Shown: positions 1 through 8,696, counted from the stretch's first letter. The stretch is DNA of 40,454 bases from Eubacteriales bacterium (GCA_045651025.1 JAZRRU010000077.1:1-40454); one strand, 5' to 3'. The notes: generated by a model from the letters alone, not told the origin. Numbers and translations are program-made.

Positions 1-256
1 CCAGTAAATTTGTAATTTTCGTTAGTAATTCCGAATAACACCAAAACTTCCAAAGCAAAACGTTTCGGAAGCTTTTTATAACTCTATTATACTTGGAAAA
101 CTGGATTTCTGGAGAATTGTGTTTTGTAAGTACATATTAACATTACCAACGGCACTCACAAAAGTACCATACCGAGTGTCGAACAACTCCCAAAACCAAA
201 CGGAGCATAGAAAATCTTCCGTTTTCGTGGGTGTTGGTGCCAACCCGTAACAAACA

Positions 257-287
257 AAACTCCCCAAGCATATAGCTTAGGGAGTTT
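257..287 (-). terminator. Probable intrinsic terminator downstream of tRNA-Leu
   Basis: Imperfect inverted repeat aaactccccaagc-atata-gcttagggagttt immediately 3' of the tRNA CCA end, followed by a T-rich run on the minus strand. Confidence 0.6.
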
Positions 288-289
288 GC

Positions 290-376
290 TGGTGCCGGAA
301 GCGGGGGTCGAACCCGCACGGTATCGCTACCACTGGATTTTGAGTCCAGCACGTCTGCCAATTCCATCATTCCGGC
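290..376 (-). tRNA. tRNA-Leu (anticodon CAA)
   Basis: Minus strand reads GCCGGAA...CTGGA-CTCAAAA-TCCAG...GGTTCGACCC...TTCCGGC-A-CCA: 7-bp acceptor stem, long variable arm, T-loop, discriminator A and encoded CCA; 87 nt. Confidence 0.97.
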
Positions 377-410
377 AATTATTTTGCGATATTTCTACCG
401 CGCAGAGCAT

Positions 411-439
411 ATTATATCACACAGTTTTTACATTTGCAA
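411..439 (-). promoter_or_regulatory. Sigma-A promoter for tRNA-Leu
   Basis: Minus strand TTGCAA-17 nt-TATAAT with an extended -10 TG. Confidence 0.7.
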
Positions 440-463
440 GTGTTTTTTTCAATATTGACGAGA

Positions 464-492
464 TTGACTTTTATATTTTGCTATGATAAAAT
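464..492 (+). promoter_or_regulatory. Sigma-A promoter for the CPBP protease gene (divergent from tRNA-Leu)
   Basis: TTGACT-17 nt-TAAAAT with an extended -10 TG; AGGAG RBS before ATG 531. Confidence 0.6.
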
Positions 493-530
493 TATTTCAA
501 TAAATTATTCAGCAAAAAAGGAGAAGTTAT

Positions 531-1547
531 ATGCACAAGTTGTTCGGAACAACTGCGGTTATCGAGGAAACGCGCTCTAACAATTCGGGATATCTATTTA
601 TGAAGAGGCGCGGTATCGTTTCGCTGTTTTTCAGTTGCTTACTCGTTTATTTTATCGGTTCGTTGTTAAGCGGTTTTCTTCTTTCGATTCCTACCTACTT
701 CTCAATTTCGGGAAGCGAGGAATTCGCAAATCTTATTTCAAATCCCGACAGTCTTTCGGACGAGGCGATTCTCGAAGCAATAAACACTTCTCTGCCGACC
801 TGGTTGAACGCAGCTTCGCTCTTTGCGACGGTTGGAATGATAATCGCGGTATTTTATTACTGTTCTAAGTTTGAGGGCAGACGGATATTTACGCTCGGAT
901 TCGTTAAAAAGGGTGCTGTATCCGAATATATCGTTGGACTTTTTATCGGCATTTTTATGTTTGCGCTTAGTTACGGTATTATCGTTCTCAGCGGTGAATT
1001 CGAGTTGCCGAAATTCAACGGCGGCGTAAACGCATGGATGATCCTTCTCTTCTTCGGCGGTTTTCTTGTTCAGGGGTTGAGCGAAGAGGTTCTCGTGCGC
1101 GGTTATCTTTTCGTATCGTGCGGAGCGCGCAAGGACGTTCCGAGCGCTGTAATTATCAGCTCGCTTTTCTTTGCGTTTTTACATTACGGAAACATCGGAA
1201 TCAATATCATCGGATTTATAAACCTCTTTCTTTTCGGCGTTTTTGCATCGCTCTACTTCTTACGCAGAGGCAGCATCTGGGGCATTTCGGCGATACATTC
1301 CATGTGGAACTTCGCGCAGGGTAACGTTTTCGGATGTGCGGTAAGCGGTAATTCGGGGATGGACTCAATCTTTGCAACGTCAAGTCAAGGCACTCTTACG
1401 CTCTTTAACGGCGGTCAGTTCGGTCCCGAGGGCGGTCTTGGTGTTACTATCGTTTTGGTTCTCGCGATAATTCTACTTTTACCTACGAAGAACAAAAGAA
1501 TCGAAATTCCTCTCAGAAAATTCGGGAGTGAATTTTACAGCGCGTGA
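531..1547 (+). CDS. CPBP (Abi/CAAX-type) intramembrane glutamic endopeptidase
   Basis: Multi-pass hydrophobic protein with family motifs EEvlvRG, FaflH and HsmWN, plus the GGxFGPEGG tail. Confidence 0.88.
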   Translation: MHKLFGTTAVIEETRSNNSGYLFMKRRGIVSLFFSCLLVYFIGSLLSGFLLSIPTYFSISGSEEFANLISNPDSLSDEAILEAINTSLPTWLNAASLFATVGMIIAVFYYCSKFEGRRIFTLGFVKKGAVSEYIVGLFIGIFMFALSYGIIVLSGEFELPKFNGGVNAWMILLFFGGFLVQGLSEEVLVRGYLFVSCGARKDVPSAVIISSLFFAFLHYGNIGINIIGFINLFLFGVFASLYFLRRGSIWGISAIHSMWNFAQGNVFGCAVSGNSGMDSIFATSSQGTLTLFNGGQFGPEGGLGVTIVLVLAIILLLPTKNKRIEIPLRKFGSEFYSA

Positions 1548-1575
1548 CGCTTTCAGTTCATTGATTTTTGAACGC

Positions 1576-1647
1576 TACGGACGCGTTGCGCCCTACAACT
1601 CTTTTGTCTTTTGCTCCGCAAAATCCACCTCCCCTTACACAGGGGAG
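1576..1647. repeat. 72-bp three-hairpin REP-like intergenic repeat, copy 1
   Basis: Aligns without gaps to 12686-12757; identical 23-nt core ccacctccccttacacaggggag; followed by a T run, so it may also act as the terminator of the CPBP gene. Confidence 0.85.
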
Positions 1648-1733
1648 TTTTTTTATGAATGTATATGTAATAAATAGCAATTAATCACACTTAAAAGCAA
1701 CAAATTTCGTCATTAAATTCCACAACAAAAGTT

Positions 1734-1771
1734 TACAGATATCTTGACAATTCACTTTTTTTCTGTATAAT
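1734..1771 (+). promoter_or_regulatory. nad operon promoter with overlapping candidate NiaR operator
   Basis: TTGACA (1744-1749)-16 nt-TATAAT (1766-1771). TACAGATATCTTGACAATTC resembles the TGTC-N2-GACA core of Firmicute NiaR sites. Confidence 0.55.
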
Positions 1772-1814
1772 TGTATACTAAGTAACAATTGTTTTTTACG
1801 GAGCTTATACCAAC

Positions 1815-2726
1815 ATGAAGAATGACATTATAAAACAGATCGAGAGTTTGAAGGCGGAGAAGAACGCAGTTATTCTCGCGCACTACTATGTTCCCGACGA
1901 GGTTCAGGCGATTGCCGATCACGTTGGCGATTCGTTTTATCTTGCAAAAATAGCAAAGCAGAGTACGGCCGACATAATCGTTTTTTGCGGTGTTTTGTTT
2001 ATGGGTGAGAGTGCAAAGATACTCAACCCCGACAAAAAGGTGCTTATGCCCGATATTACCGCCGACTGTGCTATGGCACACATGGCGTCGATTGAAACTA
2101 TTGAAAAGATGAAAAAGGAATATGACGATCTTGCCGTCGTTTGTTACATCAATTCAACGGCAGAGCTGAAATGCTACAGCGACGTTTGCGTTACTTCGTC
2201 AAACGCCGTTAAAATCGTCAAAGATATTCCTAACAAAAACATATTTTTTATTCCTGACAAGAACCTCGGCAGGTTCGTAAAAGAGCAGGTTACAGAAAAG
2301 AACGTTATTCTCAACGACGGATGCTGTCCAATACACGCGTCTATTTCCGTGGTTCAGGTCAAGGAATTGAAAGAATCTCACAAGGATGCGCTTATGCTCT
2401 CACATCCCGAATGCGCAGACGACATTCTCGCGCTCTCCGATTTCATCGGAAGCACGGCAGAAATCATTTCCTACGTAAAAAACAGCGAAAATAAAGAGTT
2501 CATCATCTGTACCGAGCAGGGTGTTACCTATCAGCTTATGAACGACAATCCCGAAAAGGTTTTCCTTTTCCCGAAATCAGGAATTTGCTGTGCAGATATG
2601 AAATTCAACACACTCGAAAAGGTTCTTGACGTTCTCGAAAACGAAAGCAACGAAATCATTGTTGACGATGAAACGAGAAAAAAAGCGTTATTGCCGCTTG
2701 ACAGGATGCTTGAGATAGCAAAATAG
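1815..2726 (+). CDS. nadA: Quinolinate synthase
   Basis: ILAHYY, VGDSFYLA, FCGVxFMGES, YINS, TSSNA, HPEC motifs and three Fe-S cysteine regions (DCAMA, GCCPIH, CCADMK). Confidence 0.96.
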   Translation: MKNDIIKQIESLKAEKNAVILAHYYVPDEVQAIADHVGDSFYLAKIAKQSTADIIVFCGVLFMGESAKILNPDKKVLMPDITADCAMAHMASIETIEKMKKEYDDLAVVCYINSTAELKCYSDVCVTSSNAVKIVKDIPNKNIFFIPDKNLGRFVKEQVTEKNVILNDGCCPIHASISVVQVKELKESHKDALMLSHPECADDILALSDFIGSTAEIISYVKNSENKEFIICTEQGVTYQLMNDNPEKVFLFPKSGICCADMKFNTLEKVLDVLENESNEIIVDDETRKKALLPLDRMLEIAK

Positions 2727-2728
2727 GT

Positions 2729-4002
2729 ATGAAAACTGATATTATTATCGTAGGTTGCGGTGTTGCAGGACTTTACTGTGCGCTCAATCTTCCGAAAGAC
2801 AAAAAAATAACTATTATCACAAAAGACAAAGCCGAAAACAGCGACTCGTTTCTTGCGCAGGGCGGAATCTGCGTCTGGCACAAGGACGACGATTACGACT
2901 CGTTTTTTGAGGACACGCTACGCGCAGGTCACTATGAGAACGACAAAACGTCGGTCGACATCATGATTCGTTCGTCGCGCAGTGTCATCAACGATCTCAT
3001 CGGTTACGGCGTTGATTTTGCTAAGGAAAACGGCAAGTATGACTACACCCGTGAGGGGGCACATTCCTTCCCGAGGATTATGTACCACGAGGACGAAACG
3101 GGAAAAGAGATAACGTCGAAGTTACTCTCCGCCGTCAGAAAGCTCGAAAACGTTACGCTTGTTGAAGAATACACTATGGTGGACATTATTTCCGACGGGA
3201 ATGAATGCAAAGGCATCATAGGTCACGACAAGGACAGCGGATTTTCGAGGATTTTTGCGAACTACGTCGTTTTTGCGACGGGCGGTATCGGAGGACTTTT
3301 CGAACACTCGACGAATTTTCGGCACCTAACCGCGGATGCGCTTGCTATTTCGCTCAAGCACGGCATCAAGCTGCGTCACATCGACTACATACAGATCCAC
3401 CCTACCTCGCTCTACTCGAAAGAGCCGGGACGCGCGTTTCTTATTTCGGAATCGGTCAGAGGCGAAGGTGCGATACTCCTGAACTCGAAGGGCGAGAGGT
3501 TTGTTGACGAGCTTTTGCCGAGAGACGTCGTTGCGAACGCTATTTATGCAGAAATGAAAAAAGAAGGCACGAAGCACGTTTGGCTTTCGTTCGAGCCCAT
3601 CAAAAAAGAAGAGATCATGCATCACTTCCCGAACATTTACAAGAAGTGTCTCGAGGAAGGGTTTGATATAACTAAAGAGCCGATCCCCGTGTTCCGTCAC
3701 AGCATTACTTCATGGGCGGAATTGACATTGACTATGACGGAAACACGTCGATGAAGCGTCTTTTTGCAGTCGGAGAAACGGCATGCAACGACGTGCACGG
3801 AAGAAACCGTCTTGCGAGCAATTCGCTCCTCGAAAGTCTCGTTTTTGCAAGGCGCGCGGCGCAGAGCATTACCGATAATTACGAAGAGACCGAAACAGTT
3901 CCTGATTTTGAAATTAACGTCGAGCAATACAAAAACTACCGCGAAACGTACAAAGCTTCCGTTTTGGCGGCTATTGAAAAGGAGAAAAACAAGAATGAAT
4001 AA
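2729..4002 (+). pseudogene. nadB: L-aspartate oxidase, interrupted by an apparent 1-nt deletion at about 3690 (real lesion or sequencing error)
   Basis: The first frame has GxGxAG, SFLAQGGI, EGAHS, ATGG, QIHPT and LISESVRGEG up to EPIPV. The continuation VPSQHYFMGGI...GETAC..HGRNRLASNSLLE lies in another frame and ends at TAA 4000-4002. Confidence 0.9.
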
Positions 4003-4846
4003 AATTTCTATGACCGTTAACGCTGATGAGCTTATTCTCAGCGCAATCAAAGAAGACATCACCAGCGAAGATATTTCGACCAATTCCGTCATGCCCGAAT
4101 ACAAGCTCGGTCGAGTTGAGCTCATCTGTAAGCAGGACGGCATTATTGCGGGACTTGACGTTTTCTCGAGAGTTTTCGAGTTGCTTGATCCGAAAACGGA
4201 GATAGATTTCTTCTGCAAGGACGGAGACGAAGTCAAGAAGGGTGACAAGCTCGCGATCATCCGCGGTGACATAAGAGTTTTGCTCTCGGGTGAAAGAACC
4301 GCACTCAACTATCTCCAGAGAATGAGCGGTATCGCTACCTACACGAACTCTATCGTTAAGCTTCTTGCAGGAAGCAACACGAAGCTTCTTGACACAAGAA
4401 AAACCACTCCGAACATGCGTCTTTTTGAGAAATATGCAGTAAAAGTCGGCGGCGGCACGAACCACAGATACAACCTCAGCGACGGTATTCTTCTCAAGGA
4501 CAACCACATCGGCGCGGCAGGCGGTATTACTCAGGCAATAAAGATGGCGAAGGAATACGCTCCGTTCGTCAGAAAGATCGAAATTGAGGTTGAAAACCTC
4601 GACATGGTAAAAGAAACTCTTGAAGCAGGCGCAGATATTATCATGCTCGACAACATGAGCGTCGAGGACATGAGAGAAGCAGTCAAGCTCACGAAGGGCA
4701 AGGCAGAAACCGAATGCAGCGGTAACGTCACAAAAGAAAACGTTGCGCGTCTCGTTGACATTGGCGTTGACTATATTTCGAGCGGTGCTTTGACGCACTC
4801 CTCCCCTATTCTTGACCTCTCGTTGAAGAATCTTCACGCAATTTAA
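3995..4846 (+). CDS. nadC: Nicotinate-nucleotide diphosphorylase (quinolinate phosphoribosyltransferase)
   Basis: ERTALNYLQRMSGIAT, DTRKTTP, NHRYNLSDGILLKDNH, IEIEVE and MLDN motifs; ATG 3995 with an AGGAG RBS (the 3764 start of the ORF track is too long). Confidence 0.96.
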   Translation: MNKISMTVNADELILSAIKEDITSEDISTNSVMPEYKLGRVELICKQDGIIAGLDVFSRVFELLDPKTEIDFFCKDGDEVKKGDKLAIIRGDIRVLLSGERTALNYLQRMSGIATYTNSIVKLLAGSNTKLLDTRKTTPNMRLFEKYAVKVGGGTNHRYNLSDGILLKDNHIGAAGGITQAIKMAKEYAPFVRKIEIEVENLDMVKETLEAGADIIMLDNMSVEDMREAVKLTKGKAETECSGNVTKENVARLVDIGVDYISSGALTHSSPILDLSLKNLHAI

Positions 4847-4859
4847 GGAGTTGACCGAC

Positions 4860-5372
4860 ATGAAACAGTCAGAAAGAAGAAAAGCTATTGCAAATCTGCT
4901 TTTGGCAGAAAAAGCTCCTATACAGGGCTCTGATCTCGCAAAAAAATTCAAGGTCACGAGACAGAGCATCGTCAAGGATATTTCGGTCTTGAGAGAAGCA
5001 GGATATGACATCGCTCCGACTCACCGCGGTTATCTTATAAAGGGCAGTCCTCTCAAGGAACGTGTTTTCAAGCTCAGACACTCGAAAGAGGACACCGTTG
5101 ACGAGCTCACCACGATCGTTAATCTCGGCGGTACTGTCGTTAACGTTTTCGTTATTCACAAGGTATATGGCAGAATTGAGGTTCCGCTTAACATCTACAC
5201 ACAAAAAGAGGTCGACGAGTTCATCGACGGTGTAAGAAGCGGCAAATCGTCCGAGCTCATGAACATCACTGACGGATATCACTATCATATAATCAGAGCG
5301 GAATCCGACGAAATTCTTGATTCGATCGCGCTTGCGCTCTATGAAAAGCAGTATCTCGTTCCCGAAGCTTAA
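4860..5372 (+). CDS. niaR: Niacin-responsive repressor NiaR (HTH plus 3H domain)
   Basis: N-terminal HTH (LAKKFKVTRQSIVKDISVL..GY), H-x-x-YG and HYH motifs of the 3H domain; last gene of the nadABC operon. Confidence 0.9.
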   Translation: MKQSERRKAIANLLLAEKAPIQGSDLAKKFKVTRQSIVKDISVLREAGYDIAPTHRGYLIKGSPLKERVFKLRHSKEDTVDELTTIVNLGGTVVNVFVIHKVYGRIEVPLNIYTQKEVDEFIDGVRSGKSSELMNITDGYHYHIIRAESDEILDSIALALYEKQYLVPEA

Positions 5373-5409
5373 TCGACGTTTTTTCGGGCTCAAAAACTGA
5401 TTTTTACTA

Positions 5410-5438
5410 TTGACATTTTGTCAAAACAGTGATATAAT
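5410..5438 (+). promoter_or_regulatory. Consensus sigma-A promoter for tRNA-Thr
   Basis: TTGACA-17 nt-TATAAT with an extended -10 TG. Confidence 0.85.
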
Positions 5439-5468
5439 TTGCATTGCGCCTGCTGATGTGGGTGCTAT

Positions 5469-5543
5469 GCTGATGTGGCGCAGGGGTAGCGCAATTGATT
5501 CGTAATCAATAGGCCGAGGGTTCAAATCCCTCCATCAGCTCCA
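5469..5543 (+). tRNA. tRNA-Thr (anticodon CGT)
   Basis: GCTGATG/CATCAGC acceptor stem, anticodon arm ATTGA-TTCGTAA-TCAAT, GGTTCAAATCC T-arm and encoded CCA; 75 nt. Confidence 0.96.
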
Positions 5544-5575
5544 GAAAAAGGACTTTCGAAAGAAAGTCCTTTTTC
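5544..5575. terminator. Intrinsic terminator (bidirectional geometry)
   Basis: Perfect 14-bp inverted repeat gaaaaaggactttc-GAAA-gaaagtcctttttc. Confidence 0.85.
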
Positions 5576-5623
5576 CACGAAATAAGGTCTTATCATGATT
5601 TTTTATATCGAGGAAGTGACATA

Positions 5624-6730
5624 TTGGCTTTCGTAAGATTTATAAAAAAGCATACCGTTTTTTTCATTGCCTTTGCGGTTGCTGTCATAACCTGTATTTT
5701 CGTTCCTCTTGACAAGGAGTATCTTTCTTATTTCGATTGGAACACGCTTGCATGTCTTTTCTTGACGCTTGCGGTCGTCTGTGCGTTACGTAACATCAAG
5801 TTTTTTACTATTCTCGCGAGAAAGCTGGTGTTGATAACCGGCGATCTGCGGAGTCTTTTCTTGATGCTCATCTGCATCACCTTTATCGGGTCGATGCTTA
5901 TTGCGAACGATATGGCGTTGATCACGTTTCTTCCGCTCGGATACTTCGCGCTTTCGGCATCGAAAAAGGAAAAATACAGCGCGTATCTTTTCATTCTTCA
6001 AAACATTTCCGCGAATCTCGGGGGAATGCTCACGCCGTTCGGAAATCCGCAGAATCTCTACCTCTACTCTTACTTCAACATTCCTACGGGAGAGTTTTGC
6101 GGGATAATGTTAGCTCCGTTTTTGCTTGCGATTTCGCTTCTTGCGCTCGGTTGCTTTTTCATAAAGCCCGAGCATCTCGAGATCAACGAATCGTTCCCCG
6201 AAAAGCTGAGCATAAAGCGCACAATACTTTACCTCGCGCTTTTCGCCTTTTCGCTTCTTATCGTTTTTCGTGTTATACCTTTTCTTCTCGGTCTCATCGT
6301 CATTCCCGCGATTTTGTTTTTTGTTGACAGAGAAGCGCTGCGCGCGGTTGACTATCCGCTTCTCGGAACGTTTTTCTTTTTTTTCATTTTCGCGGGAAAT
6401 CTTGCGAGAATTGAAGAAGTCAACTTTTTCGTGTCACAATTGCTCGAAAAGGACACCCTTATCGTCTCGACGCTCAGTTGCCAGTTCATAAGCAACGTGC
6501 CCTCGGCAATACTGCTTTCGAGATTTACGGGTGACTACACTTCCCTTCTTATGGGCGTTAACATCGGGGGCACGGGAACCATTATCGCGTCGCTTGCGAG
6601 CTTGATCACCTTTTCGGAGTTCAGAATACTCTATCCTGAGAAAACGAAGAGTTATCTCATCCTTTTCACTGTCATAAACGTCATTTTCCTCGTAATAATG
6701 ACCGTCGCGGCAAAATTATTTTTCATATAA
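5624..6730 (+). CDS. IT-superfamily (SLC13/ArsB/CitM-like) anion permease
   Basis: Highly hydrophobic; SMLIANDMALITFLP, ANLGGMLTPFGNPQN, ISNVP and GTIIASLASL motifs; TTG start after GAGG. Substrate unknown. Confidence 0.82.
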   Translation: MAFVRFIKKHTVFFIAFAVAVITCIFVPLDKEYLSYFDWNTLACLFLTLAVVCALRNIKFFTILARKLVLITGDLRSLFLMLICITFIGSMLIANDMALITFLPLGYFALSASKKEKYSAYLFILQNISANLGGMLTPFGNPQNLYLYSYFNIPTGEFCGIMLAPFLLAISLLALGCFFIKPEHLEINESFPEKLSIKRTILYLALFAFSLLIVFRVIPFLLGLIVIPAILFFVDREALRAVDYPLLGTFFFFFIFAGNLARIEEVNFFVSQLLEKDTLIVSTLSCQFISNVPSAILLSRFTGDYTSLLMGVNIGGTGTIIASLASLITFSEFRILYPEKTKSYLILFTVINVIFLVIMTVAAKLFFI

Positions 6731-6732
6731 TG

Positions 6733-6761
6733 TTGAACAAGCACGAAATTTGTTGTATAAT
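6733..6761 (+). promoter_or_regulatory. Sigma-A promoter for hpt
   Basis: TTGAAC-17 nt-TATAAT. Confidence 0.6.
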
Positions 6762-6792
6762 TAGCTCGTACTAATTAATTTGGAGAATCAAG

Positions 6793-7356
6793 ATGAATAA
6801 TATCGTATCTATCGACGATTTTAACAAAAGAATAAAGCGCGTTATCATCACCGAAGATGAGATCAAGAACGCGGTTAAAGAGCTCGGACGTGAGATCGAC
6901 AAAATCTATGACGGACGTCCGATACTTCTCGTGAGTATTTTGAACGGTGCGTTCGTATTTATGGCAGATCTTTGCAGAAACGTTTCGGTTCCTTGCGAGA
7001 TCGGTTTTATGTGTGCGAAGAGCTACTACGAGGGAACCGTTTCGTCGGGTGTAGTAAAGATAACGATGGACCTGTCACAGGATATCAGCAAATATCACGT
7101 TGTTATCGTTGAGGATATCATCGACACGGGAAGAACGCTCAACGACGTCGTGAAGATGCTGAAAATGCGCAATCCCCTTTCGCTCAAGGTCGTTACACTT
7201 CTCGACAAGCCGTCGAGACGTCTCGTTGACTTTAAGGCGGACGTTTCGCTTTTCACCATTCCCGATTATTTTGTTATCGGTTACGGTCTTGACTGCGCAG
7301 AGCATTACAGAAATCTTCCTTACATTGCAGAATACGAAGAAACTGCAGAAGCATAA
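6793..7356 (+). CDS. hpt: Hypoxanthine phosphoribosyltransferase
   Basis: ILNGAFVFMADL, SY loop, PRPP motif VIVEDIIDTGRTL, LLDKPSRR and FVIGYGLD..EHYRNLPYI. Confidence 0.95.
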   Translation: MNNIVSIDDFNKRIKRVIITEDEIKNAVKELGREIDKIYDGRPILLVSILNGAFVFMADLCRNVSVPCEIGFMCAKSYYEGTVSSGVVKITMDLSQDISKYHVVIVEDIIDTGRTLNDVVKMLKMRNPLSLKVVTLLDKPSRRLVDFKADVSLFTIPDYFVIGYGLDCAEHYRNLPYIAEYEETAEA

Positions 7357-7406
7357 TCGAAAAGACAAAAACTCGTTTTTCGCGCTTGAAATTAAATACA
7401 ATAAAA

Positions 7407-7443
7407 AAACACTACGCTTCTGTTTGACAGAGGCGTAGTGTTT
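7407..7443. terminator. Bidirectional terminator between convergent hpt and cca
   Basis: Inverted repeat aaacactacgcttctg-tttga-cagaggcgtagtgttt. Confidence 0.8.
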
Positions 7444-8595
7444 CTATACGGAATCAATCCGTTTTGCTTTTTCAAGCAAGGCGGATTTTTTGTTTTCTGT
7501 TTCGCCTTTTATGACAGAATCGAGAAGTGCGGAAAGTGTTTTTCCGATCGACTTCCCTTTCAGTCCGATTTTTGAGAGGTCGTTTCCGTTGATTTCAAGT
7601 TCGGATACGGAAAGACACTCATCCGAGTTCGCGATACGGTCGATCAAGAAATCCGCGTCCTCGCCGAAAAGTGCGCGTCGGTAAGAAGCAAGATACTTCG
7701 CGTTTTTGCGCCCGAGAGAGGAAACGAGGAGTTTTTTTGAAATCGTATCTTTCGGTATCGGCTCGGAATCGCAAAGCAGGGTTGCAAGCTCTCGCGTGCG
7801 GTTATCTGCCCGAAGAATATTCAGCGCATCGCTGATTTCTTTTCCACAAAGGCAGGCAAGGCGCATAACGTAATCATGAGGCAAGTTCGAGATTTTTTCG
7901 GGAGAGCCGTTGATTGGGATAATTTTTCGAAAGATAGGTAGGTATTTATTAATCACGCTTTGAGCGTTATCGCCCAAGAGGAGTTTTTTCAGCTCGGAAT
8001 AGATGCGTTCGGGCGAGACGTTTTTTAGGTTATCGGAAAGTGTAAATATCGCTGGTGAAGTCGAATCATCAATTTCAAAGCCGAGAACAGAAGAAAAGCG
8101 GAGCGCGCGCAGGATCCGCAACGCGTCCTCGGAAAAGCGTTTTTCGGGTGTACCAACAGTTTTTATTACCCTTTTCTTAATATCCTCAACGCCGTTAAAT
8201 GGGTCGACAAGTCCGCGCGACGGCGAGAAGGCGATCGCGTTCATCGTAAAATCGCGGCGTGAAAGGTCAGCATTTATATCGGTTACGAAATAAACCGAAT
8301 CGGGGTGGCGAGAATCGGAATAATCCGATTCTGTACGGAAAGTCGTTATTTCATAAGGAACGTCGTCGAGTATGAGCGTTACCGTTCCGTGTTTTATGCC
8401 CGTTTCGACGATTCGCAATCCTTTGAAAACAGATTTTGTTTCCTCGGGAAGTGCCGAGGTCGTTATATCATAGTCAGTGACCTCAAGTCCGAGGAACAAA
8501 TTTCGGAGAGCGCCGCCGACGGAATAAGCGGAAAAGCCGTTTTTTTCGAGCTCATTGATTATGAATGTTGTGTTTTTATCAAGAATCATATTCAT
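7444..8595 (-). CDS. cca: CCA tRNA nucleotidyltransferase (class II)
   Basis: VGGALR, DYD, EITTFRxE, DLSRRDFTMNA and EDALRILRALRF motifs; no HD domain evident. Confidence 0.88.
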   Translation of the reverse strand: MNMILDKNTTFIINELEKNGFSAYSVGGALRNLFLGLEVTDYDITTSALPEETKSVFKGLRIVETGIKHGTVTLILDDVPYEITTFRTESDYSDSRHPDSVYFVTDINADLSRRDFTMNAIAFSPSRGLVDPFNGVEDIKKRVIKTVGTPEKRFSEDALRILRALRFSSVLGFEIDDSTSPAIFTLSDNLKNVSPERIYSELKKLLLGDNAQSVINKYLPIFRKIIPINGSPEKISNLPHDYVMRLACLCGKEISDALNILRADNRTRELATLLCDSEPIPKDTISKKLLVSSLGRKNAKYLASYRRALFGEDADFLIDRIANSDECLSVSELEINGNDLSKIGLKGKSIGKTLSALLDSVIKGETENKKSALLEKAKRIDSV

Positions 8596-8696
8596 TCGGC
8601 ACGTCTCCTTTCGTGTTTATAATATCACATATAATTTTCAATTGCAAGGAGTCATTATATCGCGGACAAGTTAATAGACTTGTAACGGGTGATAAA

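Noticed and set aside
76-486. Short ORFs 76-267, 143-370 and 286-486
   Set aside because: Two of them translate through the tRNA-Leu gene, and none shows a recognisable protein motif.
3685-3700. Programmed ribosomal frameshift in nadB
   Set aside because: No slippery heptamer or obvious stimulatory structure; a single-base deletion explains it more simply.
3764-3994. N-terminal extension of NadC in the ORF track
   Set aside because: It overlaps the true nadB C-terminus in another frame; the ATG at 3995 has an RBS and gives a normal 283-aa NadC.
8565-8696. Longer start for the GHL10 gene
   Set aside because: It overlaps the cca start and promoter region; the lipoprotein signal peptide begins at ATG 8697.
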